Shown here piece after piece: positions 43,014 through 60,600 of a stretch of DNA of 64,000 bases. The stretch lies in assembly GCF_009914755.1 (NCBI RefSeq), contig NC_060926.1. One strand, written 5' to 3'. This stretch comes from the human T2T-CHM13v2.0 reference genome, Homo sapiens. Made by a program: the position numbers and the translations under genes. Every line of letters begins with the position of its first letter. Position 1 is the stretch's first letter. A model generated the notes under the pieces. That model searched no databases. It saw only the letters and a program-made list of their open reading frames with translations, and was not told the DNA's origin.

Positions 43014-43510
43014 TCATTTTTCTAGCCCCCTCCTTTTGAAAGGATGACAGTCTTGGGTATCAATCACCTCAGCGCTGAGCAGCACCTAGGAGAGGAAGCC
43101 CTCACCGTGGACAGTGGAGGGTGCCGCTGAAGATTCCTGGTAAGCCCGGGTCTCCTGATGGCCATGCTGGACTCTTGCAGAGGAACCCGCCCTAGGCCTG
43201 CCCAACATGGCCGTGCTCACTTATTCCTATAATTAGGAGTCCGAGGGGACCTCTGCAAAGTGGGGAGTGTGTCAGGATGAGTAACAAACAGTTACCGCTT
43301 AGTAACAAGATAAATCACCGCACGTGCCTATCGTTGCTTTGTCTTTCTAAACTGAATGTTTGGGCCTGGAGCTTTCACAGGGTATCTGGGACAGAGAAAG
43401 TACAAGGGAGATAGCAACACTCACCCCTGCTGTATCGCAAGATGTTTTCAATTTGCGGTCAGATAACTATTTTTTTTTCCCCAAGAGCTTTGTTTTGGAG
43501 TCTTTTCTTA

Positions 43511-43843
<333 letters not shown>

Positions 43844-44291
43844 CTACAGCTCTGGAAGCCAAAGCTTTCAAATGGAGTTTCTTTACACGTGGTCCTTGAA
43901 CTGCTATCCCAGCTCTTTATAATGTGTTTGAAAAATAAAAATGTCCTTTGTATGTCATGAGAACCTTCCCGTGGTAATATTTAGTAGTTAAACATTCCTA
44001 AGCTCGTAATTGACCTGTGGGGATTTGCTTCTTCACAGAATTAATCACACTGTTCTAAATTAAGCCACAGGACAACACCTCTGTTGGACTCTCTTGGCTA
44101 GACAAAGATGTTGACCAAATTCAGAGTTTCCAAAAATAATTAGCTGAGAACCGTGAACTGCGTGTGTTTATAATGATCTTTTGTTTTTGTTTAAAATTAA
44201 TAACTTCTCAAGTATACTAAGTATATCCATAGGTTTCTTGGTTCTGTACAACCCTGGTCCATATTCTCCAGGCTTGCCTACAGTCTTTGTC

Positions 44292-44587
44292 TTTTATTTT
44301 TGGACAGAGAGTCTCACTCTGTTGCCCAGGCTGGAGTGCAGTGGCACAGTCTCCGCTCACTGCAGCCTCCACCTCCAGGGTTCAAGTGATTTTCATGCCT
44401 CGGCCTCCTGAGTAGCTGGGATTATAGGCACCCGCCACCACGCCCAACTGCTTTTTGTATTTTTGGTAGAGATGGAATTTTGCCATGTTGCGCAGGCTGC
44501 TCCCGAACTCCTCACCTCAAGGGATCCGCCCCCACCCCAGGCCTCTGAAACTGTTAGGATTACAGGCTTGAGCTACCGCACCCGGTC
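44292..44587 (-). mobile_element. Alu
   Basis: Dimeric antisense Alu. Confidence 0.93.
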
Positions 44588-45555
44588 AGCAGGCTTTCTT
44601 TCACATCAGTCTTTTCCTACAAAAATGGGAGAAAATTTGAAAATAAAAACTGACTTTCTAATACTGTGTTTTGGCTGACATCTTAGTGTGTGAGCTTTTT
44701 GTCATAATTGGGTAAAATATCTAAGCCACACGCCTATTTAATAGATGGTTTTAAAACAGAAATATTGGAGGATTTTACAAAGTGTATGAGGAAAAATAGC
44801 ATTAAAGCCCGGGTGTGTGCGTGACATTGCCACACATTGCCTCTTAGGGTCATGGTAGAGGGAGAAAGACCACAAGGTAGCGAGTATATTCCGTCTGAGT
44901 TTCCGACCCCGTTGCATTGACAGTGGCTACCTGGAGAACTGTGTGAAGAGGAATTCTGGGGCTGCACCAGCCTCTTCAGGAACAGTTAGGAATGTCTGTT
45001 TTTAAAAGAAAAGGAGAGAGAGCTTCCCTTTGTCATCCCGGGTCCAGCCTGGCACCTCCCTTGCAGATAAAGCTGAGATCAGAAAGATGAAGTGGGCTGC
45101 TCATGGGCACCAGTCCGTCGATGGCAGGATGGGAAGTAGGTTCCAGGAGAGAGAACCCCAAAGTTGGAGCTCCAGTTCAGACAGAAACTGGGAGAACCCA
45201 TAGCGAAAACTCACTTGTTAATAGGGGAAAAAGAAAAAGGGCTTGGCGGAAGGTAAGCATCGGTGGTAATGTGTTCACCACGGCTTTGTGGTGTGTCCTA
45301 AAACAGAAGTCCCAACTCTTTCACCAAGGTCAGGAGTGGAGAAGATGGTTATTTTCTGCCCAGGCCTTGGCTGTTGTATTGTCCCGTCTTTTCGGTGGTG
45401 CTGTCTGGAGGCCTCTGGGCTTGGTAGATCCTGCACTCTTTGTACAGCAAACATGCCCGTCCCCCAGGCTGAGCATGTCATCTCTGCACCGTTGCGATAT
45501 CCCATTTCATTTTCATCACAGGTTGCTCATTAAATGTGTCACAAAGGATGCTTAG

Positions 45556-46099
<544 letters not shown>

Positions 46100-47505
46100 T
46101 GAGCCATTTCTCATCGTAGCTCGGGGCACAGATCCAGGTCCTCTTGGCCTTTGCAAGAGCACAGTGCAGTTGTCCTTTTCCCCAGACCCTTTCCCTGAGA
46201 CCTGTGTGTGCCTCTGTGCCTCCCTCCTTCCCTCCCCTCGCACCCACTTCTCCCCCATGCATCCTTGTCAGATGCCTCCTGTTGAAAGCAACTTCCAAAT
46301 GTGAAACGGTTTTCAGCTGCTTTTAGCCCTTTAACCCTTTGTCTGCTAGAATTCCGCAAAAAAATAATTGATGACGGATTGGCCCATTAACCTTTAAGAA
46401 AAAAAAAGTTTGACAGCCCGGATTCATGTAATGAGGAGGGATTCCTTGTGAAATCAGTCTGATGGCTGAGTTTCTTGCCCCTAAGGAGGCAAAATTAGCC
46501 CCATGGGGCCTTGTCTGCATAGAAACTGGACACAATTAGTGTAATATCCGGTGTTATTAATGTCGTTTGGAATAATTGGGCAGGTTGATTTCGACAGGTT
46601 CATGGTGCTAAAATACTATTATAGTGGACCTTTCCACAGCTAACTGTTAAACACAGAAAACTGTTTAAATCCCTGTGAGCCCAATCACAAAACTTTATTA
46701 AACAGCTAAGCCCTGGAATGTCACACTGGGAAACAGTACACCGTCTGTTACTTCAGGCTTTGGGGTGTGGTGGCATCTTGATTTTTCAGGAACAGGGGGA
46801 TTAATTTTGCTGTCTGTGTGTGTATCTGAAACTTCAACATGCTTTTAATAGATATACCATCAGGAGCTTCTACAACCTGAAATCTGTTTTTACAGTGAAT
46901 GAAATAGAAGCCACTGCAATTGTCACAAATAGGTAGTTTGTATTAGTGAAATGACACCACTAAAAGTGAAAGCTCCGAACAGGGCATCCTCACAGGCACA
47001 TGCTCGTTCTGCACGTTTGAAGTGAGGGTGGCAGTGGAGAGTAATGCTCGGCTCTGTCTCTGACTGATGGGCCTCACGCTGCCAATTACTGTTTTGATCA
47101 TTTTTAATCTAGTTGCTCATAAGTAAAATGTCATCACCGTGTCACTTCGTAATGTGCTGCAGCCCTTCGGGGCCATCGGTGATTTGAATAAGGCTCTATC
47201 ATCTGCTAAAAATTCTTCTTTGAACCTTAGGAGGAGCATGTTCCTGTTCTCTCCACACAGAAGAAGGGAAATTGGGTCCAAAAATCTATTCACTGTTTAC
47301 ATAATGAGCGTAAATGGTCACTGCAATGCCACCGAAGTGTAAACACGGATTAAACACGGATTAAATCTTGAGATTTGCTAGGTGTTGACCTAATAAAGTC
47401 ACCAGAGCAGCACATAGGAGATCACCACCAGGATAGATCTTCTCTACTGGATTAGTCAGAACTAGGTTTAGTAACACCAGAAATCCAGTTTTAAAAAAAG
47501 GAGAC

Positions 47506-47730
<225 letters not shown>

Positions 47731-48177
47731 TCAGGGACCTCAGAGGCACCAGGCTCCCTGCCACCTCCCATCCCTGGCTTCACTCTGCTGGGCAGCAGCA
47801 TTCATACCTGTCCACAGGGAGTGGCCTGATAACAGAAGTTTTCCTTCCCATGGAGAGGGCAGAGGCACCTGCACCTGCACCTGTGGGCCATGTCCTGACA
47901 GGTCCCAGATAAGAGGGGAAGGCACTCTATGGACACAACTCAGATGTGAAACCCTGGAAGACACTTGATCATGTGCCCCCACCAGGACTGATCAGAGTGG
48001 CCAGGGACATCACGTGCTCCAGTTGGCCAACATAGATGGGGCCATCCCTGCTCCCTGTGCTGGCCAGGGAGCCAGACACCCGGCAGGTGGCACGTGGAAG
48101 GCCCAGAGGACCACCACCTCTGTGTACCATGTCCCCCAGCATTTACCAGACTGACCTGATTGTGTGACTGGACATCA

Positions 48178-48540
<363 letters not shown>

Positions 48541-50229
48541 CTAGTTTCAAAAGGCCCAACCATCTTGTTCTCTTGGCATGAGGAATAGGAGAAGATAACG
48601 GAAAGCCACTAGGAGACCCTTCCAGCCCCTATGCCGTCTTTGATTCCCAAGGAGAGCTCCTTTTTTTAAATGTTAATTTGTTTTTAGGAAATGGAGGAAG
48701 AGTACTGCCACTTTAAGAGAGGAAAATGATTACAAGCAAAAATGGCTGTAAAGTCCTGGCGTTGTGCCTGACAGAATTTGGAGCCCAGTGGTATTATTTT
48801 CTATGTTTATTACTCCATGCAGTAGATTTGTTATGGATAAACAGATTTCTTCCTGGAAGTTGTAACATGACTATGCAGTTGCTCTATAATCCTTGTACTT
48901 ATTTTTTTTAATCTTGGGAGGCAGAGAAAAGTCATATGGCAGATATAAATTAGATCTGAAACTCTACGTGTGGGTATTCACCTATTACCCTCCCTCAAAA
49001 TAAAAAATGAAGCCACCTAAAGACAGGATCCTGGGAAACACATGGGCCTAGCATAGCTGGATTCCACTCGGCAGTGTTGGTGTAGAGTGGCCTTAATTAG
49101 GCTCTGTGCTCAGATGTTAATCCTTCCTCAGGAAGCAAGGTCCAGCTGCTCGGACCCTTGTCGTAAATTTCAGGGCCTGAAAATCCAAAAGAAGACACAG
49201 GGTAGTCCTCCCGCCGGTGCCCACCTCTGCGCTGAGCATGTAGGGTTCCATCTCCCGCCTCTGCCCTGCCTCCCCCAGGGCAGACTGAGCCTCTCCCCTC
49301 CAGGTGTCCCAGATGTTTGCATCACAGTTCAGCCCCGGTCCCCATCAGCACAGCCTGCCTGGGAGAGGCCAGCCCAGGGTCAGCAGCGCCATTGCCTCTT
49401 GATTTGGGAGCTGATGCTGGACCCCGCATTGACGAGACAGAGGGGGCCATCTTGTGCTTCTCCAGGGCTAGGATGAACCATCTGGTCAAAACAGAACAGA
49501 AACCCCAAAGAGCTGTTCATCGGCGTCTCACTACATGGTGAACTGCTACTCACAGGGAAAAGCGTGGCGTTTAGACCTGCCCTGTGATCACAGGGCCTTT
49601 GTGCATGCTACATACACGTCAGAGACAGACCATACCCAAGGATCACAGAGATGGCACAGCTTCCTGCCCACCACACTATCACAGAGCTGTTGGTCCCGGG
49701 GATTGCGATTCGTGTCTTTATTTCTTCATTATTTGTATAGTCCTGTGCTTTTCCAGGTTTAGAGTTATTGCACGGGACTCCCCCTCAAGAAAAGAATATC
49801 TTAAGTGAGTCTGGGGTTGCAGTTGGTCCTTAGGATGTGAAGCTTAGCTGTGCTTTCCACGGTCAGCAGGGTCTGTCATGGGGCTGACCTTCCCAATCCA
49901 TGCCTTTACCTGAAGCTGGTGCCCATCAGCCTGGGTCACAGGGTGTCTTGCATCTGTTTCCTCTTTACTCTGTTGGGCCTTGTTGGTGTTTCATGGTAAT
50001 TAGCCAATTAGCCTGGGTTTCATTCTCCGGGAGAGGAGACCTGAACCTGAGCAGGCCACCCTCAGGCTCTGGTTAATCCGTCACCTCCAGGCAAAGTGTA
50101 AAGCCTTCTCTTTGCCACCTCTTCTGAGTGGCTGCGGATACCAAGTGGTCCTTTATGTTCTTACTTTTAGGGAAGTATTTAGCTCATTCACAAGTCTTTG
50201 TATCTCTACTTTGCTACCTCAGAGATAGA

Positions 50230-50690
50230 AATATATGTCTATTATTTGTGAAGGCATGCTTAAATACGATTTTTGTTTGCTAGTGTACATTTTGCAATTA
50301 ATATTTTTGTATTCATCTTATATCTTGCCCATTTGCCAACTGCTGTTATGATTTTTAATAATTTGTAGGTGATTTGGGGTTTTCTATGAAGACAGTCATA
50401 TACCATGTGAATGTCTTTATCTTCCTTTCCAATCTCTCGGTCTTTCATTCCCTTATTTTTGACTTAATACACTGGGTAGCAGGGATGGAAAAAAGCAGTT
50501 ACAGTGGGTGTCCTTGTCTTGAGCATCCTGTAACTGAGTGTTCAAAGGTATGTTTCTGACATCTCACCCTTAGGATTAGTGACATTGTGGGGTTTAGGGA
50601 TAGATTATCTCTGTCCAAGGTAATGGAGTCCTCTTCTATTCCTCGTTGGCTAAGGAGTTTTAATCATGCTTCTTTCTCTTATTGATTTTT
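50230..50690 (-). mobile_element. Ancient L1M ORF2 fragment
   Basis: tttggggttttctatgaagacagtcata and agtgggtgtccttgtcttg correspond to decayed RT DDMI.Y.ENP and RQGCPLS regions. Confidence 0.65.
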
Positions 50691-51025
50691 TTTCTTTCTT
50701 CTGGTTGAGAAATTGGACATTCTACTTATTTTCTTGCAGAGGTTTACCACATGGACTTAATTTACTTACCAACATGTGAAGTGAGTCCTTACCTCTCCCA
50801 GTAGAGCAGTACAAGGCCCTATGACATCGTAACTCCCATGTCCTCACCGCTACTCTCACGTTCTCCAGCATTTTGACCTTTCCCATGGTAGACATTGTCA
50901 TTAGCAGTCATAGTCGGTATTGTTTTTATTTAGTTTTTTTTTTTTGTTTACATATTTATCAGTTCATTTGCTCACCAACCTGTCTTTCACAAACCTGCCT
51001 TCTAGGATCTTCCTGAAATACATCC

Positions 51026-51336
<311 letters not shown>

Positions 51337-51419
51337 TGAAGTATATCATTTAGTAATTTCCCTAGTGGACGTCTATTGGTAATAAGCACTTTTGGGTGTT
51401 TTTGCAGAAAAATATATTT

Positions 51420-51787
<368 letters not shown>

Positions 51788-51944
51788 TGTGTTTCACTCT
51801 TGTTCTTGAGAGAGAGTTTATCTGAATCTCAAGTCTACACTGTTATTTTCTCTTGAGGATATCATTCCACTATCTGGCGACTCTCACTGTTACTCTTAAG
51901 AAGTCTGTGATCGTCTTGATATTTGTTTAAGAGCAATCTGTCTC

Positions 51945-52064
51945 TAGAGACGGGGTCTCACCATGTTGACCAGGCTGGTCTTGAACTCCTGACACCTTAG
52001 GTGACCCACCAGCCTCAGCCTCCCAAAGTGCTGGGATTACAGGCGTGAGCCACCATGCCCAGCC
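51945..52064 (-). mobile_element. Alu left-arm fragment
   Basis: tagagacggggtctcaccatgttg...gagccaccatgcccagcc. Confidence 0.9.
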
Positions 52065-53749
52065 TGTATCAGTAATACTTTGGATCTAAATCTGCTGTCT
52101 TGTTTGCAGTGTGTTGGGTGATCTCTGGTTTTGAGTTCAGATGTAGTTGGTCTCCGTCCATGGGAAGCTTTCCTGTAGAGAAGATACCAGAAGCCAAGGG
52201 AGCTCTGAGACCTGGGGCCTCCCGGCTCCTTTCCTTGCAGGATTGCCAGGTGCTGGACCCTGGGTTTATGTTTCCTATCTTAGGACCTTATCTGTTGTGC
52301 TACCAAAGGTGTTTGCCCCTCAGGGTAGCCTTCACTTTTGCAGGTTTTTAGCACTTTAGGCTCACAATTCTAGTTTCACCTCGTGTATTTGATTTGGGGA
52401 AGGAGAAGGAGGGTCCTCTTGAGATCATGCCTCACTGTGGACTGCTGTGTTGTGATGCAGTCAGCTTGGAGGGGAAGCCAGGCCCCAGGAACAAGGGAGA
52501 AATGCTTAAGTGTTGGAGAGGAGAGCGACAGCACAAACTTCTTACACAGTAAACTCAGCGAAGTGTTAAAGGTGGGCCAGAACCAATTTCACAGTCAGGC
52601 AAGGGCTGAAAGTAGAAGGAAGTGGAAGGGTACAGATTGGCAGATATTGCTAAGCAGGGCTGTGACTGATGAGATGAAAGTGGGAAGAGGGAGAGGGAGG
52701 AATCCAGGTGATTTTGAGATTTTATGATTAGAATAGCATTGTAATCATTAACAGAAATACAGAACCCCAAGAGGAGCATTTGAAAATGCTAGCAAATCTA
52801 TGTGATGCATGTTAAATTTGATATGAGGACAAAGTTTTTGAGAAACATCCACAGGCATTTTAAAATCCAAAACTGATTAGATATATGAATTGGAGATATA
52901 TGTATGAGAACTGTACATGTCTGTAGGAAGTGACTCTCTAAGCTTCGGAAGGAAAGGAACCCCTAAGAAGGAGGGAGGAGGAAGGAGGAACATTAACTAA
53001 ACTTGAAGTTTGCCTTCACTAAAGGCCACATGCAGAGGAACCAGGGAGGAGAAAGAGAAGCAGTGATCAGAAAGCTCGAAAGAGAACTATAGTTGCACAG
53101 TGAGAAGATGGCAGGCACGCCACGGGCACCCCTCCTTGCCCTGGGGTAGACATTGCTAGCTGATCGCAGATCCTTCTCCAGGAGCCTGGAGCCAGCCTTG
53201 GAGATCTCAACACAGGATTCTCTGCAGCTGCTCAAAGCTGCCTTCATTGAGAACACAAATGCAAGATAGTTCTCAGCTATCTTGCATCACTCCCATAGGA
53301 TCTCAGAGTTGCAAGGGCCCTCCCAATCATGTGTGAGACGCTGAATTCCCACCAGTCTCCTCTGAAAGGGCCACATTCAAGGGCCTGAAACCCCCAGGGA
53401 GCAGAACCCACAAGCCCCATCTCTGGATAGTTGTGAGGGGGACAGAATCTTCCACTTGCAGGGTCTCCATCATTTTTTTCTGTCCTGGGTTGACTCCAGG
53501 GCACCCAGAACAGGTGTCATCCCTCTTCCATCAGACAGAAGTTCCCTGTGCTCAGAGTCCCCAGTGAGCAGTCCCTGGCATTGGGCTCTCTCTGTGGTGC
53601 CTGCTGGCCACCACCCTGAGTGATAGAGACAGGACCACCTCCCCACCATTGTGGGTGACACACTCACAGCCTTCACTTTCACTGGGAGCCTCGTTCTGGG
53701 CCTGCCGTTCACTGCAGTCCTTCAGCCTTTTCATATTTGTAGTTGGGAA

Positions 53750-54100
53750 GCAAAATCTTCTCCCAAACCTCACCTGCTGTTGGGGTCCAAGAGAAGGAAT
53801 TCTAGTCATGCATTTGACCATTTGAGTTGTCAGTTCAGCTAAGAGATCCTCCTCTTTTTAGACCTTGGGGATGGGGATAAAACCCTAGTTTATCTGCTAT
53901 CCCCCAAAACTCTTTGCTTTCACAATTTGGTAAGCAGACTTTATATGTCTTTATCCAAGTCATTGATAAAACATTGAATATTGAATGAGGCAAGACAGAG
54001 GTAATAGTTCCATGGTTGACCACTGCAGACCTTCTGCTAGTTTATGCTGCTTAGTACCCCTTAGCTGTGAATCCATATAACTCTATTCACATCTCTTTCA
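53750..54100 (-). mobile_element. CR1/L3 LINE RT fragment
   Basis: atccaagtcattgataaaacattgaat...gcaagacagag read on the - strand gives decayed SVL...FN.. INDLD, like the CR1 motif GSVLGPVLFNIFINDLD. Confidence 0.55.
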
Positions 54101-54289
54101 TTCACCCTGATAAAAGCCTTGCTCACATCTGGGTGAGTCTTCAGGGTGATCAAGCATCTCAGAAGACTAAGGGGGAAAATATTGCAAGATGGTGGTGCCC
54201 ATCAGCAACGTCAGGTGCTCCAGAAAGAGGGGGGTCAGTGAGAAAGAAGACTAAGCACAGCCCATGGCCCCTGGCTGTTCCTTGATCTG

Positions 54290-55150
<861 letters not shown>

Positions 55151-57101
55151 TTACATAATTAATCGGGCAGAGCCAAACTGCGCTTTAGCAATTTAATTTG
55201 CAAGTTTTGTCTTTGCATGAGATACTGAGAGTATTACAGTGCAAGATACCAGATAGCAGCTACTGCGTTGGGATGAGGCAAAAAATAGAGACGTTCCCTT
55301 GGAGCTTCATTCAGATTTCCATTGTTTTTATCACTTTGTGTTCAGTCATCTGCCTGAGTGTGTGCCCGTCCTCACCACGTAGACACGTTTAGAGGGCACA
55401 GGCTTCTCCTGCATGCTGGAATCCCTTCCACCCAGCCCAGTGCCTAGCACGTTGGGGAGGGCAGCTGAGGACCACAGTGACCGAGCCCTGCACCCATACA
55501 GTGTAATACAAGCTCAGCTCTTAGCCTTAGTTCCAGTGACTGTAGCTCATGACTGGCTAGAGCCAGACATTTGAGCAGGAAAGCTTTACAGGGGACCAGT
55601 TGTGCAGAAATTTAACCGGGAAGCTAATGGTTGTAATTTTTTTCACTAGAAGATCCAATAAATGCTGATCAGAGGGAGCTTTGATACATGCATTTGAATT
55701 TCACAGATTAAACAAAGTGTGAGCCTGTCGAGTTGATCTCATAATGAAAAATTGTCACATCCCACCTATGAATTACCAAGTTTTCCTTATGATCTAACTG
55801 TGAGTTATGTAGTTTTTTCATACCTTACCTATCTGTTCACTAGGAGAGTTTTGCATAAAATACATGAATTGGGGCACTATCCTATGAGAATCTGTATGGA
55901 AAAGGTTGTAAATCATAGTACTAGGACTTAAAAGCCCATGGATCAAGAAGCTGGACCAAGACCCACAGATGCAATGGCTCAGCCAGTACTTGCACGATAT
56001 CATTGTAAGTCAGCCATGGTGAAACCTATGTGAAAGTTACAGTTACAATGATTTTTTTTTTTTTTAATGAAATCTCCAAGTCCCTGAGTGTTTAAGGTCG
56101 TTGTTGAAGGCATGACCTGCAGACACCCTGACCCCCACCTTCCTCCCCCACCCCTCTTTCCACAGCAGGTGGAGTGTTTCATTCTGCATAAATACACAGG
56201 TGGCGGGGGTGGGGTGGTCATTTGTTCTCCAAATTCAAGAGCCCAGTAGATTGGGATAAAATTCCTGAGCAACCAGACCCTCCCATCCTGACCTCTTGTC
56301 ACCAGCTCTCCAGAAATCGGGAACCAGGGTGACTGAGAGCACAAAGGACACCCCCATACCGTGTGGGCCAGCTGAGGGCTTCCTCCAAAGACTCTTCTCT
56401 CCCCTCCCACTCCAGCCCGTATCGGTCCCTTTCAAGGACAGGGTGGGTCTCAGTGCCGACACCCCAAGCGGGGCTAACCAGCCAGGGCCTCAGGCCCGAC
56501 CTCCACTCAGCACGTGCATCACAGCACTTTCCTGCAGCCCCCAGAATATGCCCAGGGCACAGTGGCTGTCAGCACCTAGGGAGTCACAGACCACTGAGGG
56601 GCTGGTGGAGGCCATGGGCCCTCTCTGGCTGGGTGCTGTCCCCACACCCCTGGGAGTGGGGCTTGGGAGCATCACTGGGCTGCTCAGGTGGAAGGGATCT
56701 CTCAGCCACAAAGAGGGCTGCATATCCACCCAGCCAGAAAGGAGTGGGGAAAGGGTGAGTGGGGTGGCACGTCCTCACGTCCCAGGCTGCAGGCGCATTG
56801 TGAGGAAGGGCCTGGGAGAGCCAGTCTAGGTGAGGTCAGTAAGCCGTGCTTGGAAGCTGGGCTAGAGGGACCAAGAGTCTGGAAGATCAGAGGTCCGTGC
56901 AGTAGACATGAGCCAGCCCAATGGCCACGGGCTGGTGACAGAGATAAGTAAAGTGGTTGGCAGGCAGGTAGGTGAAAGTCAGTACTAATAATAGTTGCTC
57001 GCCAGGGGATTATAATGCAGCTAGTTCACAGGCCAGGGCCCGGAAACATTGAGTCAAATGAGATGTTGTGTCTGAAAACCTAGTTGAAGATTTCTTAATG
57101 A

Positions 57102-57378
57102 GGGTCTGGTGCAGTGGCTCACACTTGTCACTCAGCACTTTGGGAGGCCAAGGAGTGAGGATCACTTGAGATCAGGAGTTTGAGACCAGCCTAGGGAGAC
57201 ACCATCTCTACAAAAAATGTCTAACAATTGGCCAGGTGTGATGGTACACACCTGTAGTCCGAGCTACTCAGGAGGCGAAGGCAGGCTCGCTTGAGCCTGG
57301 GAGGTGGAAGATATAATGAGCTGTGATTGCACCATGGCACTCCAGCTTGGACAACAAAGTGGGACTCCATCTCAAAAA
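57102..57378 (+). mobile_element. AluJ
   Basis: Diverged dimeric Alu. Confidence 0.9.
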
Positions 57379-58282
57379 CAGTTCTTCGTGGTTGTATGCA
57401 ATTAGTTATGCTTTTTGCCAGTGGTGCCTCCTCCTTTGGCGGGGACTTGGGGGCCGGGAGTAGGGACAGGAATAATGAACAGAGGCCGACGTGGATCTGT
57501 GGAGTGTCTCCTATGGACCAGGTCCCAAGTCCGCATGGGTCTGTACACTTCATGGAACTAGCAGAAAAGCATTAGACAGTCGGTGCCCTTTTCCTTCATT
57601 TTATGGGTTAGAAAAAATGAACCTCAGGGGAGTCCAGGAACTTGCCCAAAGACTTAGATGTGGCAGGTGGGGTCGCAGGGTATACCCCCAAGTTCCTCTC
57701 TTCCCATTGCAGACATGGCCCCAGAGTAGCTACCAAGTCTGGGGCCTGTCTCAGCTGAGATCCTCCTAAGGCACGCGGGATCCCATGCACTCTCCCTGTC
57801 TGAAAACGTGGGAATTGATGCCTCTCCCACGGTAACAGGTCCTCTGCCATAAAAGAACAGAACCTTCCCGCGTTCCTCTATCCATGGAGTGTCTGTGGAT
57901 CTACGCGAGTGCTTAGATAGAAATTAACCCTGCAGCCGGAGATTAGCGGCCCTAACTTAATTTTCGTCCCACAGATAAGGATGGTCAGCCATGAGTTACA
58001 TGGTTATTCTCCTAAGTTGCTTTGTGTGTGCACCACACAGAGACGCTGACATCACTCGTTGATTTCATCTGGCCTTGTGCCCTGAGCCTTGATTGAAACC
58101 TGGCTAAGTCATGCTGGCCTTAGGAACCACATCTGGACTGTTGGGAGGTGCATGGATTCAAATCTCCGCCGCCGTGGTTGTCCAGTGCCGTGCGCCTCAC
58201 CGGTCCATGCAGGGGCAGCTGAACCCAGAGGCGCTTCTGTGACAGAGGGCCCGCAGGGGGACTGCTGTCTCATAAAAGCTAA

Positions 58283-58549
<267 letters not shown>

Positions 58550-58999
58550 TAGAGGACCAGTGTGAATGACAGGACCTAGCTATTCTTTATGAGCAGAAAG
58601 CTCAATAACTAAAACGATCAGAAGCACTTTGTGTCTATACCATCATACATGAGTATTCCAGCCTGACCGTGCTTCCCTGGCAGGAGAGCCAAGGTTAAAT
58701 CTTCAGTCTGTCAGCCAATCCCAGAGGGAATCTTTTGGACTCTTGTGGCTTCTGGGTCCACATTTATTTTTGTTTTGGACAGAATACACTCAGAAAAAAA
58801 GAGAGACGGACTTAAAAGATGCACTGTTCAAGTAAATGCCCAGAATTCAAATCGACATCAAGTTGGAAAACCGTCTCTTGTTAGGGACATAAATGAAAAG
58901 TAGATGGGTCTGTATGAGCGTGCAGGGAGTTTGGGAAGATAAAGTTTCTATTATCTAAACTGATAAAGCCTGGTATGTGTTTTATTCAATAATTAGAGG

Positions 59000-59061
59000 T
59001 GGTGGTGCAGCTCTTTTAGAATTTGTCCAGCAGGTTTTCTGGTTCTCACCAGAAAACGCCA
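59000..59061 (+). pseudogene. U7 snRNA pseudogene (RNU7-type retrocopy)
   Basis: tggtggtgCAGCTCTTTTAGAATTTGTCcAGcAGGtTTTCTGG...CCaGAAAaC aligns end to end with U7: histone-downstream-element binding region, Sm-like site AAUUUGUC(U>C)AG and 3' hairpin. No snRNA promoter is recognisable. Confidence 0.88.
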
Positions 59062-59151
59062 CCCCCAAATGTTTCTATATTAAAAAAATAATGAGAGGCA
59101 ATTTGTTTTTTGTAGTTACTTAGCTAGAAAAGGAAAAATATTTTAACCTGT

Positions 59152-59545
<394 letters not shown>

Positions 59546-60565
59546 TAATGTTTGTTTGTCTTTAACCTCTTTGCTGGGACGTCTTAGACTTTTGGAGAGC
59601 ATTTTGATATTTCAGACTATGATCAACTAGAAACTAAGAGAAAGGATGTTACCCACCGACCTGCAGTTTCATTTGTAACCATTTAAAGAAATTTCTGCCT
59701 ATGATTTATGTGCAGCTTTGTCACTAAAAAGAGAGTCTGTCTTTCAGAAAGATGAAGTGTCTTATTTTATTACCCTCTTTAACCAGGGTAAACCAGACCA
59801 CAGTCATTATTATTATAATGTAATTTGCTTCCCTTTTTAAAAGATGTTTTATACTCAAGGTGGGGAGAACCACTGCCTTTCATTCCATACACCCTGGCTT
59901 TACTGGGTCACGTCCACATGCATCCATGATGTGCCTCCTGAAACGAGCACAGGGTGCTTTGGGGCCACCTCAATGGGAAGCAACAGCACACAGCATCCTC
60001 CAAGCGTGGGCAGCTCATTCTGAGAAGGAAGGCAGGGAGGCAGGCTGTGTTACCGAACAGAGAGGCACAGGTTCCTGCCTTCATGGAGAAATCACAGTCT
60101 TTCACGGCAGACTCTGAGCCCCTGCCACCTCGACCTAATTCAGGAAGATCTGGGATGGTGGCAGCCTTTCCCATTCCACACCTTGCCAGGCTCCTCCTGA
60201 CTCGTGTCTCAGCTCATGCACACACCAGCCTTAGAATGCTGCCCTCGGCCCTCACTAGGCGCCTGTTCTCCAGGGAATTGCTCCCTTGGGAGGAGGACGC
60301 GTTGAGCAACCAAAGGTGGCCGACTCAGAGCTGGTCATCGTGGGCATTGGTTGAACAGGTGTGAGGGCATAAAACATGGAAATACTGTCCACAAGGAGTA
60401 GCGGGAGGCAAAAATACAGGCCCAGTTGACCACCAGCTTTATAGTATTTTACCTGCCAGTGGATAATTGAGAGCTGATACAGGTATAGGCATAGCTAGAC
60501 AGACAGACAAACCAACCAACCACAGAAATGATACAGGTACACAGAGAGACAGAGGCACATCCCTT

Positions 60566-60569
<4 letters not shown>

Positions 60570-60599
<30 letters not shown>
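60570..60599. repeat. (TG)n microsatellite
   Basis: About 15 TG units. Confidence 0.95.

Positions 60600-60600
<1 letters not shown>

Noticed and set aside
56296-56829. 177-aa ORF and overlapping ORFs in a GC-rich patch
   Set aside because: No recognisable domain. Multi-frame openness is expected from the GC content.
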